The notes under the pieces were generated by a model that was not told where the DNA came from, ran no database searches, and saw only the letters and a program-made list of their open reading frames with translations. Below, piece by piece: positions 8,456 through 18,192 of a DNA stretch of 64,000 nt (position 1 is the stretch's first letter; each line of letters starts with the position of its first letter). Position numbers and translations under genes: made by a program. This DNA is from Desulfobacterales bacterium (GTDB taxonomy: Bacteria > Desulfobacterota > Desulfobacteria > Desulfobacterales > SpSt-501), in contig JBGSTS010000282.1 of assembly GCA_041736435.1 (NCBI GenBank), positions 10,321-74,320 of the forward strand. The letters run 5' to 3'.

Positions 8456-9421
8456 ATGAAACCTATCACGTGGATCGGCACAATGCGTGCGGCGACCGAC
8501 ATCGGCCTGCGCAAGGCATTTCGCAGCTACCTGTGGCTGCTTAAAATTCTCATCCCGATATCCTTTGCCACGGCCCTGCTCGATCACGCCGGCTGGATCC
8601 AAAATCTGGACTTCATTCTGGAGCCGGTTATGGGGCTGCTGAGCCTTCCGGCGGCGGCGGCGCTCCCGATTCTCATCGGCATGACGGCAGGCGTCTACGG
8701 CGCCATCGCGTCCATGGCTGTGCTGCCCTTGTCGGTCGACCACATGACCATCGTCACGGTCTTCGTGCTGATCGCCCACAATCTGCCGCAAGAGGGTGTC
8801 ATCCAGGCCCAGTCCGGCATCGGTTTCCTCAAGACGACATTGACGCGGATAGCCGCCGCCGTCCTCACCTGCCTCGCGGTCGCCTGGTGCCTGCAGCCCG
8901 CCGCAGAGATCAACTCGACGCCCTTCTCGACCAATGGGCACCTTTCCGTTGCCTTCGGCGCCTTCCTTCAGACCTGGCTCGGTGACATGCTGCAGCTTGC
9001 GACCAAAATCCTTGTAATCGTCATTGGCGTTATGCTCGCCATCGAAGGGATGAAGGCCTTCAACTTGATTGGGGTCTGTGTGCGCGTATTTGCACCATTT
9101 CTGAAGATGATGGGGCTTGACCACCGTGCAGGCGTGCTCTGGCTTACCGGGGTTCTTTTTGGGTTGGCCTACGGCGGCGCCGTTATTGTTGAAGAATCGC
9201 GCGAGTTGCGGCTGACTCCGGTGGAAGTCGAGAAGCTTCAGATCTCGATCGGCATCAACCATTCCATGATCGAGGACCCCCTGCTGTTTCTGCCCTTTGG
9301 GATCAACCCCCTATGGCTCTGGGTGCCGCGGCTGGCAGCTGCCGTTGCTGCGGTTTACCTGATTTCCGCATGGTTCGGTTTCAAAAAAGTTTTCGCACCC
9401 AAGACCGACTCCCCACGCTGA
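8456..9421 (+). CDS. polytopic membrane protein, probably nucleoside-recognition (Gate) domain family
   Basis: The 321-aa ORF is strongly hydrophobic. Its N-terminal pattern (LKILIPISFATALL...LLSLP...ALPILIGMTAGVYGA) resembles Gate-domain proteins. The family call is tentative. Confidence 0.55.
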   Translation: MKPITWIGTMRAATDIGLRKAFRSYLWLLKILIPISFATALLDHAGWIQNLDFILEPVMGLLSLPAAAALPILIGMTAGVYGAIASMAVLPLSVDHMTIVTVFVLIAHNLPQEGVIQAQSGIGFLKTTLTRIAAAVLTCLAVAWCLQPAAEINSTPFSTNGHLSVAFGAFLQTWLGDMLQLATKILVIVIGVMLAIEGMKAFNLIGVCVRVFAPFLKMMGLDHRAGVLWLTGVLFGLAYGGAVIVEESRELRLTPVEVEKLQISIGINHSMIEDPLLFLPFGINPLWLWVPRLAAAVAAVYLISAWFGFKKVFAPKTDSPR

Positions 9422-9634
9422 CGAAATTGATGTGGGCATCCGCCGGATGGGGCAACCCGTAGCAGAAGTGAGGAAAATGCCTATCCTACAACCATATTCT
9501 TTTTACCAACACGAGCGCTTTCAGGGAAGATTCGATGCTAAAAGAGAGGGCCAAGACGCACGGCTTCTGCCTGCCGTCGGCGGATAAGGACAAGGTTTGT
9601 TTGCAGGAGTTGGCGTCTTGAACCGGATGCGATT

Positions 9635-10396
9635 TTACCGCTTCAGGATGGATTGAAGCGGTTCGACGAGATCCATGAAGTCGAACCGTTTTTCACTTTC
9701 AAGATCTCGCGGCCGCCCTTCCGCATAGGAAATCCCGAAACGCAGGTTGATGGCGATGCCCCGTTCCCCGCAGAAGGAAGAGAGCGAGTGCTTGGTCATG
9801 CTGCCGATCGTGAATGCGCCCGCTTTTTGGCCCCACTCGAAGTGCGGCCCATCCCCGCCGCTGTCGCCCATGACGACGACCTTCGCTGCCGGGATCGCGA
9901 ATTTCTGAACGGCAGCCTGCGTGTTCTTGCCTTTGTCCGATGTCTTGGACAGTTCGAGGATTACTCCGGGATCGCTTGCCGCAGCAGGATATCGCAACAG
10001 CGCGTTGGCCGACAGGACCGGCACCTGCGGCAGCAGCTTCTTGGCGAACACCCGCTGGAAGTAGCCGATCATCGCGGTCGTGTTGATCATGAAGAGGATG
10101 CCGTGGCTTAAGCACCACTCGATCAGCCCCGGTACCCCCGGATAGGCCGCAAACGAACTGTCCAGGTAAGCGTCCATCATCTCCTGGCTCACCGGCGCCG
10201 GCAGAACTGCCTGGATCCGGAGGCAGGCCTCGCCCAGCGAGATCCGGTTCCCGGTGTAGCCGCGGAAGATCTCGCTGAGGGTGGGCGCAAGCTGAGGATA
10301 GCTGAATTCGATGAAGTCGAAGGGGCCGGAGGGTGACAGACACTCGCTCCAGTCGGTGGAAACAATGGCGTTGAACTGCCGAAATGGCTTTTCCAT
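9635..10396 (-). CDS. hypothetical protein, HAD-superfamily-like fold
   Basis: VVVMGDSGGDG resembles HAD motif IV and SDKGK resembles motif III. Motif I is atypical (STDWSE). Start taken at ATG 10396 (MEKPFRQ). Confidence 0.45.
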   Translation of the reverse strand: MEKPFRQFNAIVSTDWSECLSPSGPFDFIEFSYPQLAPTLSEIFRGYTGNRISLGEACLRIQAVLPAPVSQEMMDAYLDSSFAAYPGVPGLIEWCLSHGILFMINTTAMIGYFQRVFAKKLLPQVPVLSANALLRYPAAASDPGVILELSKTSDKGKNTQAAVQKFAIPAAKVVVMGDSGGDGPHFEWGQKAGAFTIGSMTKHSLSSFCGERGIAINLRFGISYAEGRPRDLESEKRFDFMDLVEPLQSILKR

Positions 10397-10593
10397 GCAG
10401 CACCTTGCCGGGTTCATAAGTTCCAGGCTCAGGGGAAGCCCTCCGCAGCCTGCCTTTCCGGTCATTCAGTATCCAAACGGCCCCGGCCTTTTGGATAGCA
10501 AGAATCGGGTGGCGGTGTTTTGGCAGGTGTGTATAATGTCTTCAACCAAATGGCAACAACCTCTCAAAAGACCTTCGTAAAAGGAAACTCGCT

Positions 10594-11457
10594 ATGAAAC
10601 GCGATGGCATCTCCCAGGCATGCCGCGACTACGAACGCATCGAAAAAGCGATTGCGTTCATCGAAGCCCGCTTCGACCGCCAACCCGATTTGAAGCAAAT
10701 CGCCGACCACATCGGCCTGAGCGAGTTTCACTTCCAGCGCCTTTTCAACAGCTGGGTCGGCATCAGCCCCAAGCGGTTTCTGCAGTTTTTGACCAAGGAG
10801 CACGTGAAGGGGGTTCTCGCTCAATCGTCCAATTTGCTGGAAGCCGCCTTCGACGTCGGGCTCTCGGGACCCGGCCGCCTGCACGATTTGTTTGTCGCCT
10901 GCGAAGCGGTGACGCCGGGCGAGTTCAAATCAAAAGGCAAAGGGCTAACCATCACCTACGGATTTCATGACACCCCCTTCGGCGAGTGCCTGATCGGCGT
11001 AACCGAGCGCGGGATCTGCTGGCTGGCATTCGTGAAAAGCGCGGGGCGCACCCCCCTGCTGGCCGAGCTTCAGGCCGCCTGGAAGAACGCCCTTCTGGTG
11101 GAGGGCCCGGCGGTCACCCGGCCTCTCTCCGTGCGTATTTTTGACCCGTCTCGGTGGCGCCGGTCGAACCCGATCCCGGTGACGGTCGCTGGGACGAATT
11201 TCCAGATCAAGGTCTGGGAGGCGCTCCTGCGGATTCCCGTGGGCACAGTCGTTGCCTACGAGGACATTGCGCTTTACATCGGCTTACCCACGGCCGTGCG
11301 CGCGGTGGGCAACGCCGTCGGTAACAATCCGGTTTCATTCGTTATCCCCTGCCACCGCGTGGTGCGAAAAACCGCCGAGTTCGGCAACTACGGCAGCGGC
11401 CCGGCCCGCAAGAAGGCCATGCTGGGATGGGAAGCCAGCCTGGCGGCCGGGGAGTAG
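10594..11457 (+). CDS. AraC-type HTH fused to methylated-DNA-protein-cysteine methyltransferase (Ada/Ogt-like)
   Basis: The C-terminal active-site motif IPCHRVV is present. The N-terminal HTH segment is IADHIGLSEFHFQRLF. Confidence 0.85.
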   Translation: MKRDGISQACRDYERIEKAIAFIEARFDRQPDLKQIADHIGLSEFHFQRLFNSWVGISPKRFLQFLTKEHVKGVLAQSSNLLEAAFDVGLSGPGRLHDLFVACEAVTPGEFKSKGKGLTITYGFHDTPFGECLIGVTERGICWLAFVKSAGRTPLLAELQAAWKNALLVEGPAVTRPLSVRIFDPSRWRRSNPIPVTVAGTNFQIKVWEALLRIPVGTVVAYEDIALYIGLPTAVRAVGNAVGNNPVSFVIPCHRVVRKTAEFGNYGSGPARKKAMLGWEASLAAGE

Positions 11458-11569
11458 AGGTGGATTCTGCTGCGCCAGGCCTTTCGAATTTTGCATTCCG
11501 CATCATCCGTGTGATCGGCCGGCGACCACCACGAACTGTGCGGCGCTGCAGCTGCAACTTATTCAAAGC

Positions 11570-11962
11570 CTATTTTATTTGCATAATTGCGGCGGAAGTT
11601 CCATCGCTGCCGATAAATTCATACTCGGTTTCACTGAGCTTGTAGATTTTTGAGCAGCTTTCTTCACCATTTCTCAACCTGCTCCAGGTGCTGCAGAATT
11701 CTTCTTTGTTGATCCGGAAGGTGCCCGTGTCGTTCCCGCTGCCCCAGTCGATTATCTGCCGCCCATCCGGAAAATAGTCGACAGTGGCGATTCCGCCTAA
11801 AACCGGGAACTCTGCGGTCCTTTCCGCATAAAAAAGACGTTCGAGCTCGCTCTGGCTGAGCATTTTCGCGCCGGAGAGCCTCAGTTGGAGTTCATGAGAA
11901 CTGCACCCCCAACATGAAACGAGAGCACCGAGTGCGAACATAACGAGCATATGCTTTTTCAT
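11570..11962 (-). CDS. hypothetical lipoprotein
   Basis: Signal peptide with lipobox (MKKHMLVMFALGALVSCWGCSS). No family recognised. Confidence 0.6.
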   Translation of the reverse strand: MKKHMLVMFALGALVSCWGCSSHELQLRLSGAKMLSQSELERLFYAERTAEFPVLGGIATVDYFPDGRQIIDWGSGNDTGTFRINKEEFCSTWSRLRNGEESCSKIYKLSETEYEFIGSDGTSAAIMQIK

Positions 11963-12053
11963 GGGGCGACTCCAATCTTATCAAGGCCGCACCGGAATGG
12001 ACCTTGATATGCTGATTTGCCGGAGTGACACGTCTTAAAACGTCATCCCGTGT

Positions 12054-13151
12054 CTATCGCTTGCGTTTTGCGAATTCCATCTCGAGCACATCCAGCGCCT
12101 GCTTTACAAGCCCCATGTCGGCCTGAGTGCCCATGTGACCTAATCGAAAGACCTTTCCGGCGATCGGCCCGTAGCTGCCCCCCGCCACCAGCCCGCGGGC
12201 GCGCAGGCGCTTGTCGAGCTCGCTCCATGCAAGCCCGTTGGGAACATTGACCGCTGTGACAGTGGGGGCCGGCACCGCACCGGGCGCGGGATAGAGGCGG
12301 TAGCCGATTTCGACCAGCCGCTTGCGGCAGAAAGCCGCCACCTCGGTGTGTCGCCTGAAACAGGCTTCGAGCCCCTCTGTCAGGATAGCCTCGGCCCCGG
12401 CGTTGAGGCCGGCTGTGGCCTGCCAGCCCGGCGTGTAGGGAAAGTAGTGCTTCTCCACCGCCGTCCGGAAGGCCTTGATGGCGTCGTAGCCCACGTAGTT
12501 CACCGCGTCGATGACCTCCCAGGCCGTATCGCTGACGGCAATAAAACAGGTGTCGGGCAGAGCTGAAAGGCACTTCTGGGCTCCACCCAGGCACAGATCG
12601 ATATGCCACTCGTCCGGCAGCACCGGCGCCCCGCCGATGCTCGAGACCGCATCCACGTAAAGCAGCGGCACCCCCATCGCCTGCTTCAACCGTCCCAATT
12701 CCTCGATCGGGTTGAGGGTGCCGGAGGGAGTCTCACAGTGCACGACCGTGATCATCTTGGGCTTGAACTCAGCGATGGTTTTTTCCACCGCGGAGAGGTC
12801 AGCGAGCGTCTCGTTGTAAGGCAGACCTACCGTCAGCACCTCGGCGCCAACAGCCGCCGCCATTTCCCCGATCCCGTAACCATAAACGCCGGTTCCGATC
12901 GCGAGCACCCTGTCACCTGGCAGAAGCGTGCTCTTGAGGGCACCCCACAGCGCCATCATGCCCTCGCCCAGAAATATGACCACGGATCTCTTGGTTTGAA
13001 GGATGGCCTTGAGGTTTTGCTCGGTGCGGGTGTAAAGTTCGAGATACTCGGCTTCTATATCCGCCGAACCGTAGTCGACACGATAGGCCTCCAAAACGGC
13101 CGGGTGTGCCCTGACCGGCCCCGGGACCATGGGGATTGGATAGGTGTTCAT
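12054..13151 (-). CDS. class V pyridoxal-phosphate aminotransferase (AGXT/PhnW-like)
   Basis: The 365-aa ORF has the GGAQKCL PLP-lysine motif and a class V layout. Confidence 0.85.
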   Translation of the reverse strand: MNTYPIPMVPGPVRAHPAVLEAYRVDYGSADIEAEYLELYTRTEQNLKAILQTKRSVVIFLGEGMMALWGALKSTLLPGDRVLAIGTGVYGYGIGEMAAAVGAEVLTVGLPYNETLADLSAVEKTIAEFKPKMITVVHCETPSGTLNPIEELGRLKQAMGVPLLYVDAVSSIGGAPVLPDEWHIDLCLGGAQKCLSALPDTCFIAVSDTAWEVIDAVNYVGYDAIKAFRTAVEKHYFPYTPGWQATAGLNAGAEAILTEGLEACFRRHTEVAAFCRKRLVEIGYRLYPAPGAVPAPTVTAVNVPNGLAWSELDKRLRARGLVAGGSYGPIAGKVFRLGHMGTQADMGLVKQALDVLEMEFAKRKR

Positions 13152-14761
13152 GGCAGCCTCCTACATATAAGGAACTTAACCGCTTTGAGCCGGACGGTCA
13201 ATTGAGCCCCAGCGCCAGCGCCGCAGCCGCCGGGGCAATTTCACCTCGGCGCCGAAAACTGGTCATCTCAGCCTCCCTGCTGGCCCTGTTTTTGGGCGCG
13301 CTGGATGCCCTGGTGATGTCCGCCGCCATGCCGACCGTGGTGGCCGACCTCGGCGGTCTCGAGCTTTTCAGCTGGGTCTACTCCGCCTACCTTCTCGCGC
13401 GCACGGTCGCACTGCCCATTTTCGGCAAGCTGGCCGACATCTATCGCGCCAAAACCCTTTACCTGGCGGCGATCATCGTCTTCATCGCAGCCTCCCTGGC
13501 AGCCGGGTTCGCCACGGGCATGACGTTTTTGATCGTCTGCCGCGCGCTTCAAGGCATCGGGGCTGGCGGCACCTTTGCGCTGGTCTACATCGTGCTGACG
13601 GAACTATCGGCACCCGAAGAGCGCGGAAAAACACTGTCTCTCGGCAGCTTCGTCTGGGGCCTGGCCAGTGTGCTGGGCCCGACCCTGGGTGGATTCATCG
13701 TAGCCTATTTTTCCTGGCGCTGGATCTTCTTCATCAATGTGCCGCTTGGATTTTTATCGCTGGCCGGCATCGCCAAGCACCTGGTCGAGATTCGTAAAAA
13801 GCGAGATCATGTCACTATCGACCTGGCCGGGGCGATCACCCTTTCGGCAACCGTCCTGTGCCTGCTGTTTGTCTTCCTCCTCGGCGGCCAGACCTATGCC
13901 TGGGCATCGCCTCAAATTATCGCCTTGGCGACCGGCTCCATCCTCTTCGGAGCGGCTTTTTACCTTATTGAAAACCGTGCCCAGGACCCCATTCTTCCCC
14001 TTTCGTTTTTCAGAATCCGCGGGTTCAGCGCCGGCAACGCCGCTGTCTTCATGAGCAGCTTTGCCATTTTTGCCTTTTTCGGGTTTGCGCCCCTGTTCAT
14101 CCAGGGGACCCTCGGCAAAAACCCGATGGAGGTCGGCATGACCGTGCTTGCCTTGAGCCTGGGCTGGTCGATCGGATCCTTGATTCTGGGCCGGGGGATC
14201 AACCGCCTGGGAACCCGGGCCGCGTCATTGACCGGGGCCGTGTTTCTCGCCGCAGGCTGTGCACTGACGCTCTCGTTTTCAATGGCCACATCGACCCTCA
14301 CCTGCTTTCTGGTGTTCGGGGTGGTGGGAATCGGCATGGGCTTCGTGGCTCTGGCGACGGTCTTGGTCGTTCAGGACAGCGTCGAGCCATCCGATCTGGG
14401 GGTCGCTACCGCCTCGCACCAGTTTGCACGCAACTTGGGCGGTACGGTTGGCGTGGGCATCTGCGGCAGCATTTTCACCATGCGTTTTTCCCGAGCCATC
14501 GAATCGGTTTTTGCTGAGCGCACCGCGGATGAGCTTCCGCTTGAAATGGCCGAGCACCTTCGGGGACACGTCGACAGCCTTTTCCGCCCCGAAATCCAGG
14601 CTCAAATCCCGGCCGCCCTCCTGCCCGAATTCCAAAAAGCCATCGGGGAAGCGGTCATCGCCGTCTTCTGGTGCACCGTTGTCGCCGCCCTGGTCTGCGT
14701 GGTCTTTTGCCATCTTCTGCCAAAAGATGCGGTACGAAAGAAGACAAACGGTCATAATTAG
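13136..14761 (+). CDS. MFS transporter, 14-TMS DHA2 (EmrB/QacA-like) type
   Basis: LGALDALVMSAAMPTVVADLGG and LQGIGAGG are typical of DHA2 transporters. The start is uncertain: TTG 13136 overlaps the divergent gene, and TTG 13202 is an alternative. Confidence 0.85.
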   Translation: MDRCSWQPPTYKELNRFEPDGQLSPSASAAAAGAISPRRRKLVISASLLALFLGALDALVMSAAMPTVVADLGGLELFSWVYSAYLLARTVALPIFGKLADIYRAKTLYLAAIIVFIAASLAAGFATGMTFLIVCRALQGIGAGGTFALVYIVLTELSAPEERGKTLSLGSFVWGLASVLGPTLGGFIVAYFSWRWIFFINVPLGFLSLAGIAKHLVEIRKKRDHVTIDLAGAITLSATVLCLLFVFLLGGQTYAWASPQIIALATGSILFGAAFYLIENRAQDPILPLSFFRIRGFSAGNAAVFMSSFAIFAFFGFAPLFIQGTLGKNPMEVGMTVLALSLGWSIGSLILGRGINRLGTRAASLTGAVFLAAGCALTLSFSMATSTLTCFLVFGVVGIGMGFVALATVLVVQDSVEPSDLGVATASHQFARNLGGTVGVGICGSIFTMRFSRAIESVFAERTADELPLEMAEHLRGHVDSLFRPEIQAQIPAALLPEFQKAIGEAVIAVFWCTVVAALVCVVFCHLLPKDAVRKKTNGHN

Positions 14762-15208
14762 CGATCGTCTACCGATCTGAAAGGCAAACGCGTCTGTGTC
14801 GGCCCACTGGGCAGCGGCACCGAGCAGAATGCCATGCAGATCCTCGAGGCCTACGGCATGAAGTTCGAGGACTTCGCCAAGGTCGAACGTTTGACGGCGA
14901 CTGAGTCCTCGGACTACATGAAAGACGGCCGCATCGATGCGGCGTTTTACTCCGTGGGTGTGGGTGCAGCCGGCCTGGTGGACACGGCCATCACCGTCGA
15001 CTGCGTTATCGTGCCCGTTGACGGCAGCCAGCGCGATGCGCTGATGAAAAAGTACCCCTTCTTTACCAAGGCCGTGGTTCCCAAAGGTGCTTACAAGGGC
15101 ATCGAACAGGATGTTCCCACCGTAGCGGTCATGGCGATCCTGGCGGCCTTCGCCCTGGTCGGCCTGACGCTCATTCCGGTGAGGACGCTCGAAAAGGAAA
15201 GACCATGA
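14762..15208 (+). pseudogene. remnant of a TAXI-family TRAP solute-binding protein gene (N-terminal part missing, C-terminus aberrant)
   Basis: The frame opens right after the MFS stop and reads ..DLKGKRVCVGPLGSGTEQNAMQILEAYGM...KKYPFFTKAVVPKGAYKGIEQDVPTVAV. This matches the central part of TAXI receptors. There is no signal peptide or N-terminal domain, and only about 148 codons remain. Confidence 0.7.
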
Positions 15209-15662
15209 GCATGGAAGTCAAAATTGAACGTAACGAGGACTTGTTCAAGAAGGCGGAGGCGCTCATCGAGAAGGCCGAATTCGGCGAGAGACGGCTTTCC
15301 GGCGCATCGTGGACACCCTCTACCTGACCGGCGAGGGCATCTTCGGCATACCGCTGTGGGTGTCCTCGACCTTCGTGTTCGCCTTCGTGCTCTTCGGCGC
15401 CATCTTCGAGCGGACCGGCGCCGGGGAATACCTGATGCGCCTGGCCATGTCCCTGGTGGGGCACACCCGCGGCGGTCCGGCCAAGGTGGCCGTCATCGCC
15501 AGCGCCTTTATGGGCACCATCTCCGGCAGCGGGGTGGCCAACACGGCCACCATCGGGACCCTGACCATCCCGCTTATGAAAAAGGTGGGCTTCCGGGCCG
15601 AACTCGCGGGCGGTATCGACACGGTAGCCGGCGGCAACGGTCAGATCATGCCGCCGGCCTGA
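15205..15662 (+). pseudogene. remnant of the fused TRAP (TAXI-type) permease gene; internal deletion with frameshift, and 3' truncation
   Basis: Frame A (15205-15327) reads MSMEVKIERNEDLFKKAEALIEKAEFGERRLSGA and then stops. Frame B (15309-15662) reads VDTLYLTGEGIFGIPL...GGPAKVAVIASAFMGTISGSGVANTATIGTLTIPLMKKVGF...GGNGQIMPPA*. Both match segments of the large fused permease. By my recollection several hundred residues of a full-length permease are missing; needs alignment. Confidence 0.7.
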
Positions 15663-15826
15663 AGACCGCCGCTGCTCGCTGAAATCGACGGTGAACAAAA
15701 TATCATTGACAAAATTTGAAAAACGCATTTTTATCCAAATCTTATTTCCTAGCTAGAATTTTCGGATTGATCTTTTTTTGGGCAGTGACACCCATTCCTC
15801 ATTGAACACAAAGAGATAAAACCATC

Positions 15827-17107
15827 ATGAATTCAGGCAGATTACGCGGGGGCATTCAGTTCTCCTGTCCACTAACCGGTCTATCCAGCCCGTTTGAAGG
15901 CATCCCCTCTCCGCCGAAGGTAATTGTTCCTCTCCAGCAGGATCAGGGAGGCGTTTGCACACCACGGGTCAAGAAGCATGACGTAGTCCTCGTTGGTCAA
16001 CTCATCGGCGAAAGCCCAAACCAAAACGGGGCCTCGATTCATGCCCCTTTATCCGGCAAGGTCACGGAGGTCATCAAAGCCTTTCAAGACATTCACGGAC
16101 GAGCCATCCCGGCCGTTGCCATTGAGTCGGATGGGCAGTCACAACGCTTCGAGGCCCAAGCGGGTGCCGAACCATTTGCGGCCTTGCAGGGCGCGGGGGT
16201 TGTCGATTTTGACCGCATGACCGTTCCGCTGGCTGCCAAACTAGAAGAAGCCAGGGCGCGCAAGGTCAACACGTTGATTGTCAATGCGCTGGACATTGAA
16301 CCGCTGCTCTCCAGCCGAGGCCGGCTGCTGCTGGAAGAGGTTCAGGCAATTGCCGCAGGAATCGATGCCGTCAGAAAGACACTTGACGTCAACCGCGTCC
16401 TCCTGGCGGCTGACGCCGACGCGAATGAGGCCATCGCCGCAGCCACGAAGACATTCGGCGGTTCAGTCCAAATCCTGCCGCTGCGCAACAAATATCCTCA
16501 AGCGGTGGACTACCTGATCGCCAAGAGGGCCCTGAACGTGGAGGTCCCTTTTGCGCACGGCGTCCGCATAGCCGATATCGGGGCCCTCGTGGTCGGTGTC
16601 GAAGCCATGACGGCCGTCGGCCGGAACCAACCGGTGGTGGAACGCTTCATCAGTGTGGCGAACGGCAAGGGCCATATCAAGAATCTCCGGGTGCCCATCG
16701 GCACGCCTATTGGAACGGTCCTGGAACACTGCCGCATCACGCCGGAGCCTGGCGGAAAAATCCTGGCCGGCGGGCCGATGACGGGACCGGCCGTGGCCGG
16801 CTTGGACCAGCCGGTCACCAAAGAGTTCTTGGGCATCTACGTTCAAGGCCGCCGCGAGGTGGTGAAACCGGCGGAGGCGGTCTGCATTAAATGCGGTTTG
16901 TGCGTGGAGGCATGCCCCATGCGCCTGATGCCCTTTCTAATTTCAGGCTTTGCAGAAAAAGGGATGCTTGCCGAAACACAAAATTACGACATTTTCACCT
17001 GCATCGAATGCGGATGCTGTGCATATATCTGCCCGGTCCGGATTCCCATGGTTCAATTCATCACGTTCGCAAAGAAGCAGATCATGGATCAAAGGAAAGA
17101 CGCATGA
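15827..17107 (+). CDS. rnfC: Rnf complex subunit C (divergent central domain)
   Basis: N-terminal barrel motif IHAPLSGKVTEV. C-terminal 2x[4Fe-4S] motifs CIKCGLCVEACP and CIECGCCAYICP. First gene of an rnfCDGEAB arrangement. I could not find the GGAGFPT-type motif (see findings). Confidence 0.85.
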   Translation: MNSGRLRGGIQFSCPLTGLSSPFEGIPSPPKVIVPLQQDQGGVCTPRVKKHDVVLVGQLIGESPNQNGASIHAPLSGKVTEVIKAFQDIHGRAIPAVAIESDGQSQRFEAQAGAEPFAALQGAGVVDFDRMTVPLAAKLEEARARKVNTLIVNALDIEPLLSSRGRLLLEEVQAIAAGIDAVRKTLDVNRVLLAADADANEAIAAATKTFGGSVQILPLRNKYPQAVDYLIAKRALNVEVPFAHGVRIADIGALVVGVEAMTAVGRNQPVVERFISVANGKGHIKNLRVPIGTPIGTVLEHCRITPEPGGKILAGGPMTGPAVAGLDQPVTKEFLGIYVQGRREVVKPAEAVCIKCGLCVEACPMRLMPFLISGFAEKGMLAETQNYDIFTCIECGCCAYICPVRIPMVQFITFAKKQIMDQRKDA

Positions 17108-18090
17108 AACAACCCGAATTCGTCGTATCGGCTTGGCCGCATATTCACAGCGGCAATTCCGTGCGGAACATGATGCTCCACCTGATCATTGCGTTGCTTC
17201 CCGCCGTAGCCGCGGCGTTTTTCGTCTTCGGCGTGGACACGCTCAGAGTCGTAACGATAGCCATCATTTCGGCAGTTTTTTGGGATGCGGTTCTGCAAAA
17301 AATATTCAAACGAAGCCTGTCGATCGGGGATTTGAACGCAGCCGCCAGCGGCCTGATGTTTGCCATGCTGATGCCGGCAACCGTCCCCTGGTGGGTTCTT
17401 GTTGTGGGCACCCTGGTGATGCTGCTGTTGGGAAAACACGTTTACGGCGGGCTGGGGTGCAACCCGTTCAACGGGGTGCTCATCGCCTACGTGGCGCTGC
17501 TGCTCTCCTACCCAGGGCTCGTGGGCGATACGCCTGTGCCGACCTCGGACATGATGATGACCCAGAACCCACCCCTCATGGAACTCAAAGAAAAAGGCGC
17601 AGAGTTCCTGGACGAGACGTTTCCGCTGCAGGATCTTTTTTTGGGCTCTACCCTGATCACGGGGACCATCGGCGAAATCTCCAAATTGGCATTGTTGGTC
17701 GGCGGCCTGTTTCTGATCCTGCGAAGAAAGATCTCCTGGATCATCCCCACCGGTTTCCTAATCGGCCTGGCCGGCGTTGCGACCATTTTTTGGCTGATCG
17801 ACCCGGAGACCTACGCCAGCCCCCTGTTTCATCTTCTGGCCGGAGGCAGCCTGCTGGCGGCATTCTTCCTGGCAACCGATTGGACGACCTCGCCGGTGAC
17901 AAAAACCGGGATGGCGCTTTTCGCACTGGTTTGCGGGGTGATGACCATGGCGATCCGATTATGGTCCCAATGGCCGGAAGGCGCCTATTTTGCCGTTTTC
18001 ATGGTCAGCATGCTGACACCGTTCTTCGACAAACTTCGCCCCAAGATTTTTGGGTCAAAATTCAACCACCAGAGGCAGGCACAATCTTAG
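17104..18090 (+). CDS. rnfD: Rnf complex subunit D
   Basis: ATG 17104 overlaps the rnfC stop (ATGA). MKQPEFVVSAWPHIHSG... polytopic membrane protein with GGLGCNPFN and GTIGEISKLALLVGG. The track ORF (16891) has a spurious N-terminal extension. Confidence 0.9.
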   Translation: MKQPEFVVSAWPHIHSGNSVRNMMLHLIIALLPAVAAAFFVFGVDTLRVVTIAIISAVFWDAVLQKIFKRSLSIGDLNAAASGLMFAMLMPATVPWWVLVVGTLVMLLLGKHVYGGLGCNPFNGVLIAYVALLLSYPGLVGDTPVPTSDMMMTQNPPLMELKEKGAEFLDETFPLQDLFLGSTLITGTIGEISKLALLVGGLFLILRRKISWIIPTGFLIGLAGVATIFWLIDPETYASPLFHLLAGGSLLAAFFLATDWTTSPVTKTGMALFALVCGVMTMAIRLWSQWPEGAYFAVFMVSMLTPFFDKLRPKIFGSKFNHQRQAQS

Positions 18091-18192
18091 CCGGGAGAAC
18101 AATGCGTTCAAGCACCGCGGGCACCTGCGGCTGTTGTCTGGGGTTGATGCCCGCTCCGCTCATCATCAACGTCAACAGGAGGAGAGATACCG

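Noticed and set aside
14759-14834. The TAG stop of the MFS gene is in the same frame as the following TAXI-receptor fragment. This raised the idea of stop-codon read-through or pyrrolysine producing a fusion.
   Set aside because: The downstream frame is only a mid-gene fragment of a periplasmic binding protein, with no plausible function fused to a cytoplasmic MFS tail. Being in frame has a one-in-three chance. No Pyl machinery or read-through signal is visible in the window.
15706-15759. Promoter-like hexamers in the AT-rich stretch before rnfC: TTGACA 15706-11 with TTTTAT 17 nt downstream, and TAGAAT at 15754-59.
   Set aside because: Each candidate pairs one good hexamer with one poor one. 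In AT-rich DNA such matches arise by chance. A promoter is probably here but cannot be placed from sequence alone.
16891-17103. N-terminal extensions offered by the ORF track: rnfD from 16891, ugpE to 37170, the aro/pheA fusion from 56607, the DapA-like gene from 47909, dppC from 30620, and sppA from 48763.
   Set aside because: The extensions overlap upstream genes or leaders and are compositionally junk-like. Internal ATG or GTG codons with SD sequences, or ATGA/TGATG coupling junctions, mark the conserved family N-termini.
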